Shown here one piece after another: positions 7,777 to 16,920 of a stretch of DNA of 61,077 nucleotides. Numbering within the stretch: position 1 is the stretch's first letter; each line of letters begins with the position of its first letter. Under the pieces are notes generated by a model. It was not told where the DNA came from and searched no databases. It saw nothing but the letters and a program-made list of their open reading frames with translations. Source of the stretch: Bacteroidales bacterium (GTDB lineage Bacteria; Bacteroidota; Bacteroidia; Bacteroidales; UBA932); NCBI GenBank assembly GCA_017557325.1, contig JAFZAI010000083.1, positions 1 through 61,077 of the forward strand, given 5' to 3'. A program made the translations under genes and the position numbers.

Positions 7777-9579
7777 TCAGATTGATTCAATAAACCGCAC
7801 CACGGCGTCACGGTCTTCCTTGGAGAGGTTGTAGAACTTCTCCGCGGAGGAATAGGCGTCGCTCTTGCGGGAGTATGCGTGCCACATAATCGCCTCGACC
7901 ACCGTCCGGGCGCGGCAGTCGTGCAGACGGTCGGAACTGCCGGTGTGCATCACCGACAGGCCCCGGCCCCAAAGCGGGGTCGTCCGGCACCAGGTGCCGT
8001 GGATGTCGTTCTTCATCCAAAGGCGATGCTGGATAAAGTCGGAATATGGCCAAATGGTCTGGTTCGCGTAACGCGGCAGCTTCTTCTTGCCATTGAGCGC
8101 CGGTGACCAGTAATTGTCCTCCCGGGTCTTCCAGGAGGGCCGATGGCAGGTCGCGCAACCCATTTCGTTGAACAGTTTCTTCCCCTTCTGCACCGCAGGA
8201 TCCTGCAGGTCACGAGCGCGCGGAATGGCCAGTCCCCGGTGCCAGACCATAAAGGCATAGAACTGATCCTCGGTCATTTCCGGCTCGAAGTTGTGGTAGG
8301 GATTGTCAAACTGATTGGTCGTGGGCTTCAAGAGTTCGTAGACTGTTTCTGCAATTTCAGCGTCGGTTACAGTACCATTCTTGTCAACGTCTACATAGTA
8401 CGGGGATGCGGCGCCTTCGGCCCGGATGGCGGCGATCACGGAAGCATTCTGACTCATCGCCTTGGCCCAGGGCTCGGTGGTGTAGAGGAACGGACGGTCG
8501 GGACGGGAAACGTTGGTGATATTCCAGATGGCGTTAGCCCCGGCGCCGTCCTGCAGGGTGCCGCGCGTCATCGCGTAGGTGAATTTCTTCAGCAGTTTGC
8601 CGTTGCGGTAAGTATCGCGGGGAATGAAATTCCCTTCCGCATCGTATCCATCGCCGCAATACACACCTTCCTGCCCATAGATGGGAACGGTGCCGGATTG
8701 CCAGTTGTGGTAATAGGCGCTGGCGGCAAAATCATTCGCCCCGGCATCCCAAAAGGAAGCATTCAGTTCCACGTAGGGCGCCTCGGCTCGGTACTGCTCG
8801 CGGATATCCTCCTGATCGATGGCATCGATGAGGCCGGTGCCGATGACACCGATGGTGCTCTCGAGGCGGAATCCCACCCCAGCGCTCCCTGCGGGAATCT
8901 CGTCATACGGGGTCGGCACCGTATTGAATGCATCCTGGGGGATATAAAGCGTCGGATACTGGAGGTGATACTCCTCGCCGTCGGCGAATCGGGTCGGAAG
9001 GCCGCTCTCCATCGCGGCGATTTCCGTCCAGTTCAGCTGGATCTTGGTCTCGTCGATGGGCGGCAGGAACGGAGCCTGCGCCATCGTCTGAGGCATTCCC
9101 GTCACATGACGGACGTAGGGGCCGTCATTATCGTTGTCGGCATTGGCGTAATAGACAACGAGCAGATACCCATTCCCCATCGACTTGGCGCCATTGGCGA
9201 CATAGCTCTGCTGCCACTGGCCGTGCCCGTAGCCGGGATGACAGTCGAGGCAGGATTTGCGCACAGAAGCAGGACCGAGACCGTTGAAGGGCTTCTGGTA
9301 CTCGCTGTAATTGCGCTCGAAGAAGTGCTCACCCATATTGAACTGGGTCGTGAGCCCCTGCGCATCCACCGCAGGGGTCGGGTCCTCATAACAACCCTCG
9401 GTCACGTTGAGCGTGGTGCCGAGCTGCCCGCCGGTATACCATTCCTCGGCGGTGAAATTCCCTACGGCCTTTCCGACATATTTAGCGTCGGATTCGATAG
9501 TTTTGGGCGTCTGGCCATTGTTGGTGCAGGCGATGGCCAGCGGGACAAGGGTTAGGAGGATATAATAGCTTTTATTCAT
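7777..9579 (-). CDS. Di-haem oxidoreductase (DHOR, putative peroxidase/thiol oxidoreductase) lipoprotein
   Basis: Lipobox LAIAC; two CxxCH haem motifs (CLDCH, CATCH); RTTPLWGRG and LHDCRART motifs. Confidence 0.88.
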   Translation of the reverse strand: MNKSYYILLTLVPLAIACTNNGQTPKTIESDAKYVGKAVGNFTAEEWYTGGQLGTTLNVTEGCYEDPTPAVDAQGLTTQFNMGEHFFERNYSEYQKPFNGLGPASVRKSCLDCHPGYGHGQWQQSYVANGAKSMGNGYLLVVYYANADNDNDGPYVRHVTGMPQTMAQAPFLPPIDETKIQLNWTEIAAMESGLPTRFADGEEYHLQYPTLYIPQDAFNTVPTPYDEIPAGSAGVGFRLESTIGVIGTGLIDAIDQEDIREQYRAEAPYVELNASFWDAGANDFAASAYYHNWQSGTVPIYGQEGVYCGDGYDAEGNFIPRDTYRNGKLLKKFTYAMTRGTLQDGAGANAIWNITNVSRPDRPFLYTTEPWAKAMSQNASVIAAIRAEGAASPYYVDVDKNGTVTDAEIAETVYELLKPTTNQFDNPYHNFEPEMTEDQFYAFMVWHRGLAIPRARDLQDPAVQKGKKLFNEMGCATCHRPSWKTREDNYWSPALNGKKKLPRYANQTIWPYSDFIQHRLWMKNDIHGTWCRTTPLWGRGLSVMHTGSSDRLHDCRARTVVEAIMWHAYSRKSDAYSSAEKFYNLSKEDRDAVVRFIESI

Positions 9580-9592
9580 TTTTGTATGGTTT

Positions 9593-10858
9593 TTAGCGTT
9601 CCAGCACCCAGGAGGCGGCTTTGTTGAGTTCTTCGTCGAGGTCGTTGATGGCGTCGATGGCGGCGTCAACTTCCGCGGCATTGAGGTTGTCGACGAAGGC
9701 GCCGAGGGCGATGCAGGCGTCCAGCGAGGCGACGGCGGCGTCGAGCTTAGATTTCAGTGTCTTGGCATCAAAGCCGTAGTCGGAGAGGAACTGGAAGATG
9801 GAGGCCTTTTCCGGAGCGGTCGCTCCATTCTTCCCGTAAAGGGAATACTGGATGGAGAGAATATTGTCCTTGAAGTCAATGAAGGAACGTTTCGAATACG
9901 GGGATTCGATGTAGTTGATCGGCGCATCGACATCGTTGGGATCGGCCGGGGCGGCGCCGTGCGCCGTGGCGATCTTGGTGTTGGCCACCTCGTTGCAGAT
10001 GTTGGAGCAACCGGCGACCAGGATGGCATTCACGGCCGTTGTCCAGGCGCGGTAGGTGCTGCCGAGCGTAGCCGTGGCGAGCAGATTCTCGCCGAAAGTG
10101 AGGCCGCTGCCCTCGATGGCGGTGGGAAGCTCCAGTACGTCCTCCACGTATGCGCGGCGTGTTTTGACCTCCTCGTCATAGTCAAACGGATAATCCTCCG
10201 GATCCCAGGCGGCCTGGAGCTCGAAGCAATAGCCCATCAGGTCATCGGCGATGGCCGTCGCGAAAATCAGTTCGCTGAGGCCGGATACCTGATAGCCCGA
10301 GATGTCATCCATCGCTTCCGCCTTGAAAGCGGCCGCATTCCTGAGGACCCCGTTGCGGAAGAGGATGAATTCTATCCCGTGGAAACCAAGTGCATCGGCA
10401 CCGACCAGCCCGATAGCGCCACCCTCATTCTCATCAAGGTCTTCGACGACAGCGGCATTGATCAGGCTCTTGGCCAGCGCTTTCTTGTCCAGCGGCCAGG
10501 AATCGATATGCGGATCGATCTTGTAGGCGCTTGCCGCACCGTACAGGAAGGCTTCGCTCTTCTCCCACCACTCGCGGGCGGCGAAGAAAGTGGTCTTGAC
10601 GGACTCCAGATCGGCATCCGTGAGGGTTCCGGCCTTGGCTTTGGCCTTGGCAGCCTGCAACTTCGAGTGCAGGGTCTCGGCGTTGTCGGCCAGTTTGCCG
10701 TAAATGTCGTAAATCACGCCGGGAACATATTGCTCCACGGCCGCCTTCATCGCCGCATCCTCCTTAGAGAGGTCTGCAGGATTCCTTCCGCCGCCATTAC
10801 AGGCGCACAGCGCCACCGCTACGGCAGCCACTGCGATCAGATTAAAACACTTTTTCAT
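9593..10858 (-). CDS. Imelysin-family (peptidase M75, IrpA/IruB-like) iron-regulated lipoprotein
   Basis: Lipobox ALCAC; WEKSEAFLYG, IDSWP, GFHGIEFILF (GxHxxE) and IESPYS motifs. Confidence 0.88.
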   Translation of the reverse strand: MKKCFNLIAVAAVAVALCACNGGGRNPADLSKEDAAMKAAVEQYVPGVIYDIYGKLADNAETLHSKLQAAKAKAKAGTLTDADLESVKTTFFAAREWWEKSEAFLYGAASAYKIDPHIDSWPLDKKALAKSLINAAVVEDLDENEGGAIGLVGADALGFHGIEFILFRNGVLRNAAAFKAEAMDDISGYQVSGLSELIFATAIADDLMGYCFELQAAWDPEDYPFDYDEEVKTRRAYVEDVLELPTAIEGSGLTFGENLLATATLGSTYRAWTTAVNAILVAGCSNICNEVANTKIATAHGAAPADPNDVDAPINYIESPYSKRSFIDFKDNILSIQYSLYGKNGATAPEKASIFQFLSDYGFDAKTLKSKLDAAVASLDACIALGAFVDNLNAAEVDAAIDAINDLDEELNKAASWVLER

Positions 10859-10886
10859 ATTATACGATTTTTGTTTGTTTCATTAT

Positions 10887-10933
10887 AGATTCCGGAACAA
10901 GTCCGGAATGACGAAAGGTATGATCGGAATGAC
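10887..10933. repeat. REP-like element (full palindrome plus extra GGAATGAC half-site) just after the porin stop
   Basis: AGATTCCGGAACAAGTCCGGAATGAC...CGGAATGAC. Confidence 0.8.
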
Positions 10934-10936
10934 GGG

Positions 10937-12247
10937 TCACTTCTTATTAAAAAACGCCATATATGCTATACCGAGGCTGACGGAGGGCTCGGGGTTGAAG
11001 TCGGAGTGGAGGAAACGGTGGGAGTATTCCGCTTTTAGCGCGATCTGGGGGATCGGGTAGTAATTGATGCCGGCCGCGATGCGGTGCTTGCGGGTGAAAT
11101 CGAAGCCGGAGGCGTCGCCCGGACCGGGAATGTAACTGTCGTAGAATTCGTATCGGGCGAAGAGGAAGAACTGTTCCTTCCCCTTCAATTTCGGGATGAA
11201 GTGGAACAGGTCCACACCGGCCTCGCAGCCCGCCGCAGCCGCGACCGTGGCGACCGGGGCGCTGGAATAGGGGCTGTCTCCCCCGCTCCGCCGGGCCTTG
11301 AGTTTCGACACCGTGGCAGCGTCGGAGAGATGACCGTAGTCGGCATTGGCCCGGACAACCACGCCGTGTCCTTTATACTGCATATCAAAAGCCCCCACCA
11401 GCAACGTTCCTTTCACATTATATTGCTCCGAAAGTTGCTCCTTGGGATAGGTATTGTTGACGGTATTCCCAGCGAAGCCGCTTAGGCCCAAGCGAAGGCC
11501 TGTCACGGGCATAAAATCGAGCCGTAAGGCACCGCCGTAGCTGTTGGCCACCTTGAATTCAAAGGCCGAATGGGCCCCGTTGTGGATAAATTTATCGCGG
11601 GAGAAGCGCATTGCGTCAAGTCCGGCCAGGACCTGCGCCTCGTAACGCATCGATGCGCCCTTCTTACCCAACGGAACCGTTCCCCAGATGCTGATGCCGG
11701 TGTCGTGCCAGGTGGAAGGGAGGATGGTGAATTCCCCTTCGGGGCGGTAGACCGTGAAGAAATTGAGCGGTTCGTGGGAATTGTTGAGCCCGCCGACCGG
11801 GACGACAATGTGTCCGGCCCGGACATTGAGCTGCGGGAAGAAGCTTTTCTGGAGCCAGAACTGCTCCAATTCCACTTCCCCGCCCTGCTCGGTCTCGGCC
11901 TCCCATTCCCCCGCTTCCTCGAATTCCCGCTCCACGGCGCTGCCGGTCCCGAGGTGCTCGAATTCCACCTCCGTCTGCATTGACCACCCCTTCCCGAAAT
12001 CGTAGCCGAGGTAAATCACCGCGTGGGGAATGTCGAAGCGGCCGTGCTGATCGCCCTTGTATTTTTCCGGCTGGGCATACCGGTACACGTTGTCGCTGTA
12101 GAAATTGCGTGTCAGGGCCACCTCGCCGTAACCGCCGACCGTCAGGCCGCCCAGGAATTTCTGCACGCCTGTCTTCTGAACGGTATCCTGCGCCAATGCG
12201 GGCCATGACAGGGCCAAAATCAAAACGGATGCGATATATTTTTTCAT
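10937..12247 (-). CDS. Outer-membrane porin-like beta-barrel of imelysin loci
   Basis: Signal peptide; VGGYGE, FDIPHAVIYLGYDF, EVEFEH and GEVELEQFW motifs; first gene of the imelysin/DHOR operon. Confidence 0.82.
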   Translation of the reverse strand: MKKYIASVLILALSWPALAQDTVQKTGVQKFLGGLTVGGYGEVALTRNFYSDNVYRYAQPEKYKGDQHGRFDIPHAVIYLGYDFGKGWSMQTEVEFEHLGTGSAVEREFEEAGEWEAETEQGGEVELEQFWLQKSFFPQLNVRAGHIVVPVGGLNNSHEPLNFFTVYRPEGEFTILPSTWHDTGISIWGTVPLGKKGASMRYEAQVLAGLDAMRFSRDKFIHNGAHSAFEFKVANSYGGALRLDFMPVTGLRLGLSGFAGNTVNNTYPKEQLSEQYNVKGTLLVGAFDMQYKGHGVVVRANADYGHLSDAATVSKLKARRSGGDSPYSSAPVATVAAAAGCEAGVDLFHFIPKLKGKEQFFLFARYEFYDSYIPGPGDASGFDFTRKHRIAAGINYYPIPQIALKAEYSHRFLHSDFNPEPSVSLGIAYMAFFNKK

Positions 12248-12249
12248 AA

Positions 12250-12399
12250 CGATTCAGAAAAGATGTTGCAAAATTGGCCGTTTCCCTCCGGAGCGGAAAT
12301 CCTAAAAAATAGGGACTTCACCGGGAAGAATCATCAATAATTAGGATGACACCCTTTCTGAAATAATATGTATCTTTGCAGTCGCAAAGCAAAAAAAAG
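12250..12399. promoter_or_regulatory. Divergent promoter region (porin operon and feoAB) with two imperfect palindromes
   Basis: TATCTTTG at 12371-12378 (+); degenerate CAATTTTG on minus; AATCCTAAAAAATAGGGACTT (12298-12318) and TCATCAATAATTAGGATGA (12331-12349). Confidence 0.55.
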
Positions 12400-14856
12400 A
12401 TGAAATTATCTGAACTCCAGACCGGGCAGCAGGCCGTGATCGTCCACGTGGACGGGCACGGGAGTTTCCGTAAGCGGCTGATCGAGATGGGGTTCATCCA
12501 GGGGAAGACCGTCCGGGTAGTGCTCAACGCACCGCTCAAGGATCCGATCGAATACGAAATTATCGGATACAAAGTCTCTCTCCGGCGGGAAGAGGCGGCG
12601 CAGATCGAGGTTGCGAGTGAAGAGGAAGCCCGGGAGGCCCTCATCACCGACGAACACCTTCAGGGTCTTCCGCAGGATATGGACGAGGCGGAGCGCCTCG
12701 CTAAGGCTATGGAGCACCTCGCCGAGGAGCGCAACCACGTCATCCGCGTGGCTCTCGTCGGCAATCCAAACTGCGGCAAGACCAGCCTTTTCAACATCGC
12801 CTCCGGCAGCCACGAGCACGTCGGGAACTATAGCGGCGTCACGGTCGACGCCAAGGAGGGGAAATTCACCTTCAAAGGCTACCAGATCGTGCTGGTCGAC
12901 CTTCCCGGCACCTATTCCCTCTCGGCCTACAGCCCGGAGGAACTCTACGTCCGGAAAAATCTGATCGACGCCCTCCCGGACGTCATCGTCAACGTTGTGG
13001 ACGCCTCCAACATCGAGCGCAACCTCTATCTCACTACTCAGCTCATCGATATGAACCTCCGCGTGGTGATGGCGCTCAACATGTACGACGAACTGCAGTC
13101 CAAAGGCGACAAACTCGACGTGGAGCAGCTCGGCAAGCTCCTTGGCATCCCGGTCTGTCCGACGGTCAGCCGCGACGGACAGGGCATTCCGGCCCTGTTC
13201 GAGACCGTCATCAAGGTGTACGAAGGGGCTGAAGAATCACTGGCCAGGCACATCCACATCAACCACGGCGCCGAACTCGAAAAGAGCATTACCCGCCTCC
13301 GCGACATCCTTTGGCGGGACGAAAACCTCCGGGCCAAATATTCCACCCGATACCTGGCCATCAAATACCTCGAAGGGGACAAGGAGGTCGAACGGATGCT
13401 CCAGGGCACCGTCATCGCCGCCGAACTGCTGACCGTCCGTCGCGAAGAGACGCAGCGCATCAAGGCCCTTGTCGGCACCAATCCCGAAAGCGCCATCGTA
13501 GACGCAAAATACGCCTTCATTCAGGGCGCCCTCGCCGAAACCTACGAGAAATATCAGGAGGAACGTCCCAGACGCACCCTCACCGACCGCATTGACGCCA
13601 TCGTCACCAATCGATGGCTGGCATTTCCAATCTTCGTCGCCATCCTCTATCTCGTCTTCTGGACGACCTTCACCGTCGGACAATATCCGATGGACTGGAT
13701 CGAATGGTTGATGACCCGCCTGGGCGACTGGGTCGGTTCCCTGATGCGGGAAGGCTGGTTCAAGGACCTTGTCGTGGACGGCGTCATTGCCGGTGTCGGC
13801 AGCGTGCTGGTCTTCCTGCCGAACATTATGATCTTGTATCTGTTCATCTCCCTGATGGAGGACAGCGGCTATATGTCGCGGGCGGCCTTTATCGTGGATA
13901 AACTGATGCACCGGATCGGGCTGCACGGGAAGAGTTTCATCCCGATGGTGATGGGCTTCGGCTGCAACGTTCCCGCCATTATGGCTACGCGCTCGATTGA
14001 GAGTCGCAAGAGCCGCCTCATCACGCTTTCCATCATCCCGTTTATGTCCTGCGCGGGAAGACTGCCGGTCTTCGTGCTGATTGCCGGGGCGTTCTTCCCG
14101 GAGAATCCGGCCCTGGCCCTGCTGGGCATCTATTTCCTCGGCGTACTGCTGGCAATTCTGTCGGCCGTTGTGATGGCGCGTTTCGTCAAGGATGATGATC
14201 TGCCGTTCGTGATGGAATTGCCGCCTTACCGCGTTCCGACGGCGAAAGCCACTTGGCGGCACACCTGGGAGAAGGGGAAGCAATATCTCCAGAAGATGGC
14301 GACGACGATTCTTATCTGCGCCGTGGTGATCTGGGCCCTCGGGTATTTCCCGCGGAATAAGGAACTCATTGCCGCGAAGGCAGAGAAGGAAGCGCTGGCA
14401 ACGGAAGTGCCGCCGACGCTGGATGCGCGGATCGATTCGCTCTCGCTCGTCCAGCAGGAGAATTCCCTCATCGGCCACCTCGGGAAGGGCATTTCCCCGG
14501 CGCTGGATCCGCTCGGATTCGACTGGCGGATGGATGTCGGCCTGATTGCCGGCGTCGGCGCCAAAGAACTGGTCGTAAGCACGATGGGGGTGATGTATGC
14601 ACAAAGCGGAACGACCGTGGAAGAGGAGGATGACGATACCCGTCTCCAGAGCGCCCTCAAAGGATCTGTTTCCAAGGCCGCCGCCCTGGCGTTTATGATC
14701 TTCGTGCTGCTGTACTTCCCCTGCATCGCGACCTTCGCAGCCATTAAGAACGAGACCGGATCCTGGCGCTGGGCCATCCTCTGCGCCATCTACACCATCC
14801 TCGTCGCCTGGCTCTTCGCCTTCGCCACCTACCGCATCGGCCTGCTGATCTGGTAA
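12400..14856 (+). CDS. feoB: Ferrous iron transporter, FeoA-FeoB fusion
   Basis: N-terminal FeoA (RKRLIEMG, APLKDP); GTPase motifs GNPNCGKT, VGNYSGVTV, DLPG, NMYD; gate motifs MGFGCNVPA and PFMSC. Confidence 0.96.
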   Translation: MKLSELQTGQQAVIVHVDGHGSFRKRLIEMGFIQGKTVRVVLNAPLKDPIEYEIIGYKVSLRREEAAQIEVASEEEAREALITDEHLQGLPQDMDEAERLAKAMEHLAEERNHVIRVALVGNPNCGKTSLFNIASGSHEHVGNYSGVTVDAKEGKFTFKGYQIVLVDLPGTYSLSAYSPEELYVRKNLIDALPDVIVNVVDASNIERNLYLTTQLIDMNLRVVMALNMYDELQSKGDKLDVEQLGKLLGIPVCPTVSRDGQGIPALFETVIKVYEGAEESLARHIHINHGAELEKSITRLRDILWRDENLRAKYSTRYLAIKYLEGDKEVERMLQGTVIAAELLTVRREETQRIKALVGTNPESAIVDAKYAFIQGALAETYEKYQEERPRRTLTDRIDAIVTNRWLAFPIFVAILYLVFWTTFTVGQYPMDWIEWLMTRLGDWVGSLMREGWFKDLVVDGVIAGVGSVLVFLPNIMILYLFISLMEDSGYMSRAAFIVDKLMHRIGLHGKSFIPMVMGFGCNVPAIMATRSIESRKSRLITLSIIPFMSCAGRLPVFVLIAGAFFPENPALALLGIYFLGVLLAILSAVVMARFVKDDDLPFVMELPPYRVPTAKATWRHTWEKGKQYLQKMATTILICAVVIWALGYFPRNKELIAAKAEKEALATEVPPTLDARIDSLSLVQQENSLIGHLGKGISPALDPLGFDWRMDVGLIAGVGAKELVVSTMGVMYAQSGTTVEEEDDDTRLQSALKGSVSKAAALAFMIFVLLYFPCIATFAAIKNETGSWRWAILCAIYTILVAWLFAFATYRIGLLIW

Positions 14857-14860
14857 TCCC

Positions 14861-14904
14861 GTCATTCCGCCATCAACCGTCATTCCGGGCTTGACCCGGA
14901 ATCT
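14861..14904. repeat. REP-like element (half-site plus full palindrome) just after the feoB stop
   Basis: GTCATTCCG...GTCATTCCGGGCTTGACCCGGAATCT; mirror image of 10887-10933. Confidence 0.82.
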
Positions 14905-14955
14905 TTTTGTCTTTCCGCGAAAAATTGTGTATCTTGCAAAAAATAATGCCCTGAT

Positions 14956-15525
14956 ATGAAGAAACTCCTCCTTCTTGCTGCTGCACTCCTTTTCTCCGCA
15001 GCCAGTCTTTTCGCCGGCGGCGTAACCGTCGTTTCCGGGGATGCCTCCATCCTGAAGAAAGCCGAGACGGCCAAGATCGTCTTCAATTATTCCAAGACCT
15101 ACGTCGGCGAGGACGGTGCCAAGACCCAGACCCTCAACCAGTATCTCAAATCCCGCGGATCCGACTACGTCCGTGACTGGCCTCAGGACCACAAGAAGGC
15201 GGAGGAATACTTCGTCACCCGTTTCAACAAGAAGAACAAGAAGGGCCTGACAATCGCCACCAGCGGTACCAAATACATCATCGAGGTGAAGGTGGAGGTG
15301 CTGGACATGGGCAATATGGCCGGATTTTTCATCGGCTACAACCCCAAGGCCGGCGGCGTCATTATGTGGGGCGACGTCCTCGTAAAGGACAGCAGGGGCA
15401 AGAAAACCCTCCTCAAACTTCGTGCGGACGGGGTCAAAGGCAAAGCCAGCCCCTCCGAAACCATGCGTCTCGGCCTCTGCTATATGGACCTTGCCAACCA
15501 GATCGCAAAAATCAAAGTCAAATAA
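14956..15525 (+). CDS. Exported basic hypothetical protein
   Basis: Signal peptide MKKLLLLAAALLFSAASLFA; host-like codon use. Confidence 0.75.
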   Translation: MKKLLLLAAALLFSAASLFAGGVTVVSGDASILKKAETAKIVFNYSKTYVGEDGAKTQTLNQYLKSRGSDYVRDWPQDHKKAEEYFVTRFNKKNKKGLTIATSGTKYIIEVKVEVLDMGNMAGFFIGYNPKAGGVIMWGDVLVKDSRGKKTLLKLRADGVKGKASPSETMRLGLCYMDLANQIAKIKVK

Positions 15526-15558
15526 GACCGTTAATAACATTAAAAACATACCTGTACT

Positions 15559-16920
15559 ATGGGAGCATTTCACGCTTACGACATCCGCGGCATCTACGGC
15601 AAAGACTGGGACCGCGAAACCGCTTATAAGGTCGGCTATTTCATTCCCCGGCTGCTGAAGGCAGACAAGGTCCTGGCGGGCCGCGACTGCCGCGTTTCTT
15701 CCCCCGAGGTGCACGACGCCGTCGTTAAGGGCATCAACGATGCCGGAGCCGACGTGTACGACATCGGACTCAGCTCGACGCCGATGGTCTATTTCGGCAC
15801 GGCCAATTACGGCTTCCACGCCTCCGTGCAGATTACGGCCTCACACAATGCTGCCGTATACAACGGGATGAAGGTCTCGACGACCGACGCCCAGGCTGTC
15901 GGATACGATGCCGGCCTGAAGGATATCAAAAAGTGGATTGAGGACGGTGAGCCCACTCCGGTGGCCGAAGTCCGCGGCAAGGTCTACCAGAAAGAGATTC
16001 TCCAGGACTACCTCGCCTTTATGCGCAAATTCGCCAAAGACCTCTCCGGCATTACCATCGCGATGGACCTCTCCAACGGAATGGCCAACCTCTTCGCCAA
16101 GGAGATTTTCGGCACCGGAAGCAACGTCCATTACCTCTTCGACACCCTCGACGGACGCTTCCCCAACCACGAGCCCAACCCGCTCATCGAAGCCAATGTC
16201 GTCCCGTTGGAGAATCTCGTCCGCGAGGTAAAGGCCGATGCCGGCGTCATCTATGACGGCGACGCCGACCGCGTGGTCTTTGTCGACGAGAAGGGCGGCT
16301 TCATTTCCCCGGATCTCCTCATTGCCCTGATGGGCCGCTATTATGTAGGAGAAAGAGGCCTTAAGGGAATCGTCCTGCAGGACATCCGTTCTTCCAAGGC
16401 CGTCGGCGAATATCTGGAGCCGATGGGCTGCCGGATGAAGACTTGGAAAGTCGGCCGGGCCTTTGCCGCCGCCAAGCTCCGCGAAATCGACGGCGTGTGG
16501 GGTGGCGAACTGGCCGGTCACTTCTATTTCCGTGATTTCTTCTACAGCGACAGCGGCCTTCTCGCCTCGATGATCGTCCTCGGAATCGTCGCCGGCCTCA
16601 AGAAGGAAGGCAAGACCCTCAGCGAGGCCATCGCCGAGATCGTCAAATACAAGAATTCCGGCGAAATCAACTTCCGCATCGAGGACAAGGCCGGTGCAAT
16701 GGAAGCCGTGAAAGAGCATTTTATGGCACAGGAGAAGGCGACCGCCTTCATGGATTTCGACGGCTACCGCGTGGAATTCCCCGACTGGTGGTTCAACATC
16801 CGTCCGTCCAATACGGAACCCTACCTGCGCTTCCTCTGTGAGGCCAAGACCGACGAACTTCTCGCAAGGAAGGTCGCCGAGACCAAGGCCCTCCTCGTGG
16901 AAAAATTCGACGCCCAATGA
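15559..16920 (+). CDS. Phosphomannomutase/phosphoglucomutase
   Basis: AYDIRG, TASHN, DGDADR, GELAGH and RPSNTEP motifs. Confidence 0.95.
   Translation: MGAFHAYDIRGIYGKDWDRETAYKVGYFIPRLLKADKVLAGRDCRVSSPEVHDAVVKGINDAGADVYDIGLSSTPMVYFGTANYGFHASVQITASHNAAVYNGMKVSTTDAQAVGYDAGLKDIKKWIEDGEPTPVAEVRGKVYQKEILQDYLAFMRKFAKDLSGITIAMDLSNGMANLFAKEIFGTGSNVHYLFDTLDGRFPNHEPNPLIEANVVPLENLVREVKADAGVIYDGDADRVVFVDEKGGFISPDLLIALMGRYYVGERGLKGIVLQDIRSSKAVGEYLEPMGCRMKTWKVGRAFAAAKLREIDGVWGGELAGHFYFRDFFYSDSGLLASMIVLGIVAGLKKEGKTLSEAIAEIVKYKNSGEINFRIEDKAGAMEAVKEHFMAQEKATAFMDFDGYRVEFPDWWFNIRPSNTEPYLRFLCEAKTDELLARKVAETKALLVEKFDAQ

Noticed and set aside
13237-15819. 860-aa antisense ORF over feoB, and similar long shadow ORFs (1887-3479, 8143-9555, 19261-22338, 23220-26075, 31586-33466, 45095-47272, 52558-54609)
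   Set aside because: They lie antisense to well-supported genes and have no family motifs; stop-codon depletion on the opposite strand is expected with high GC3 codon use.
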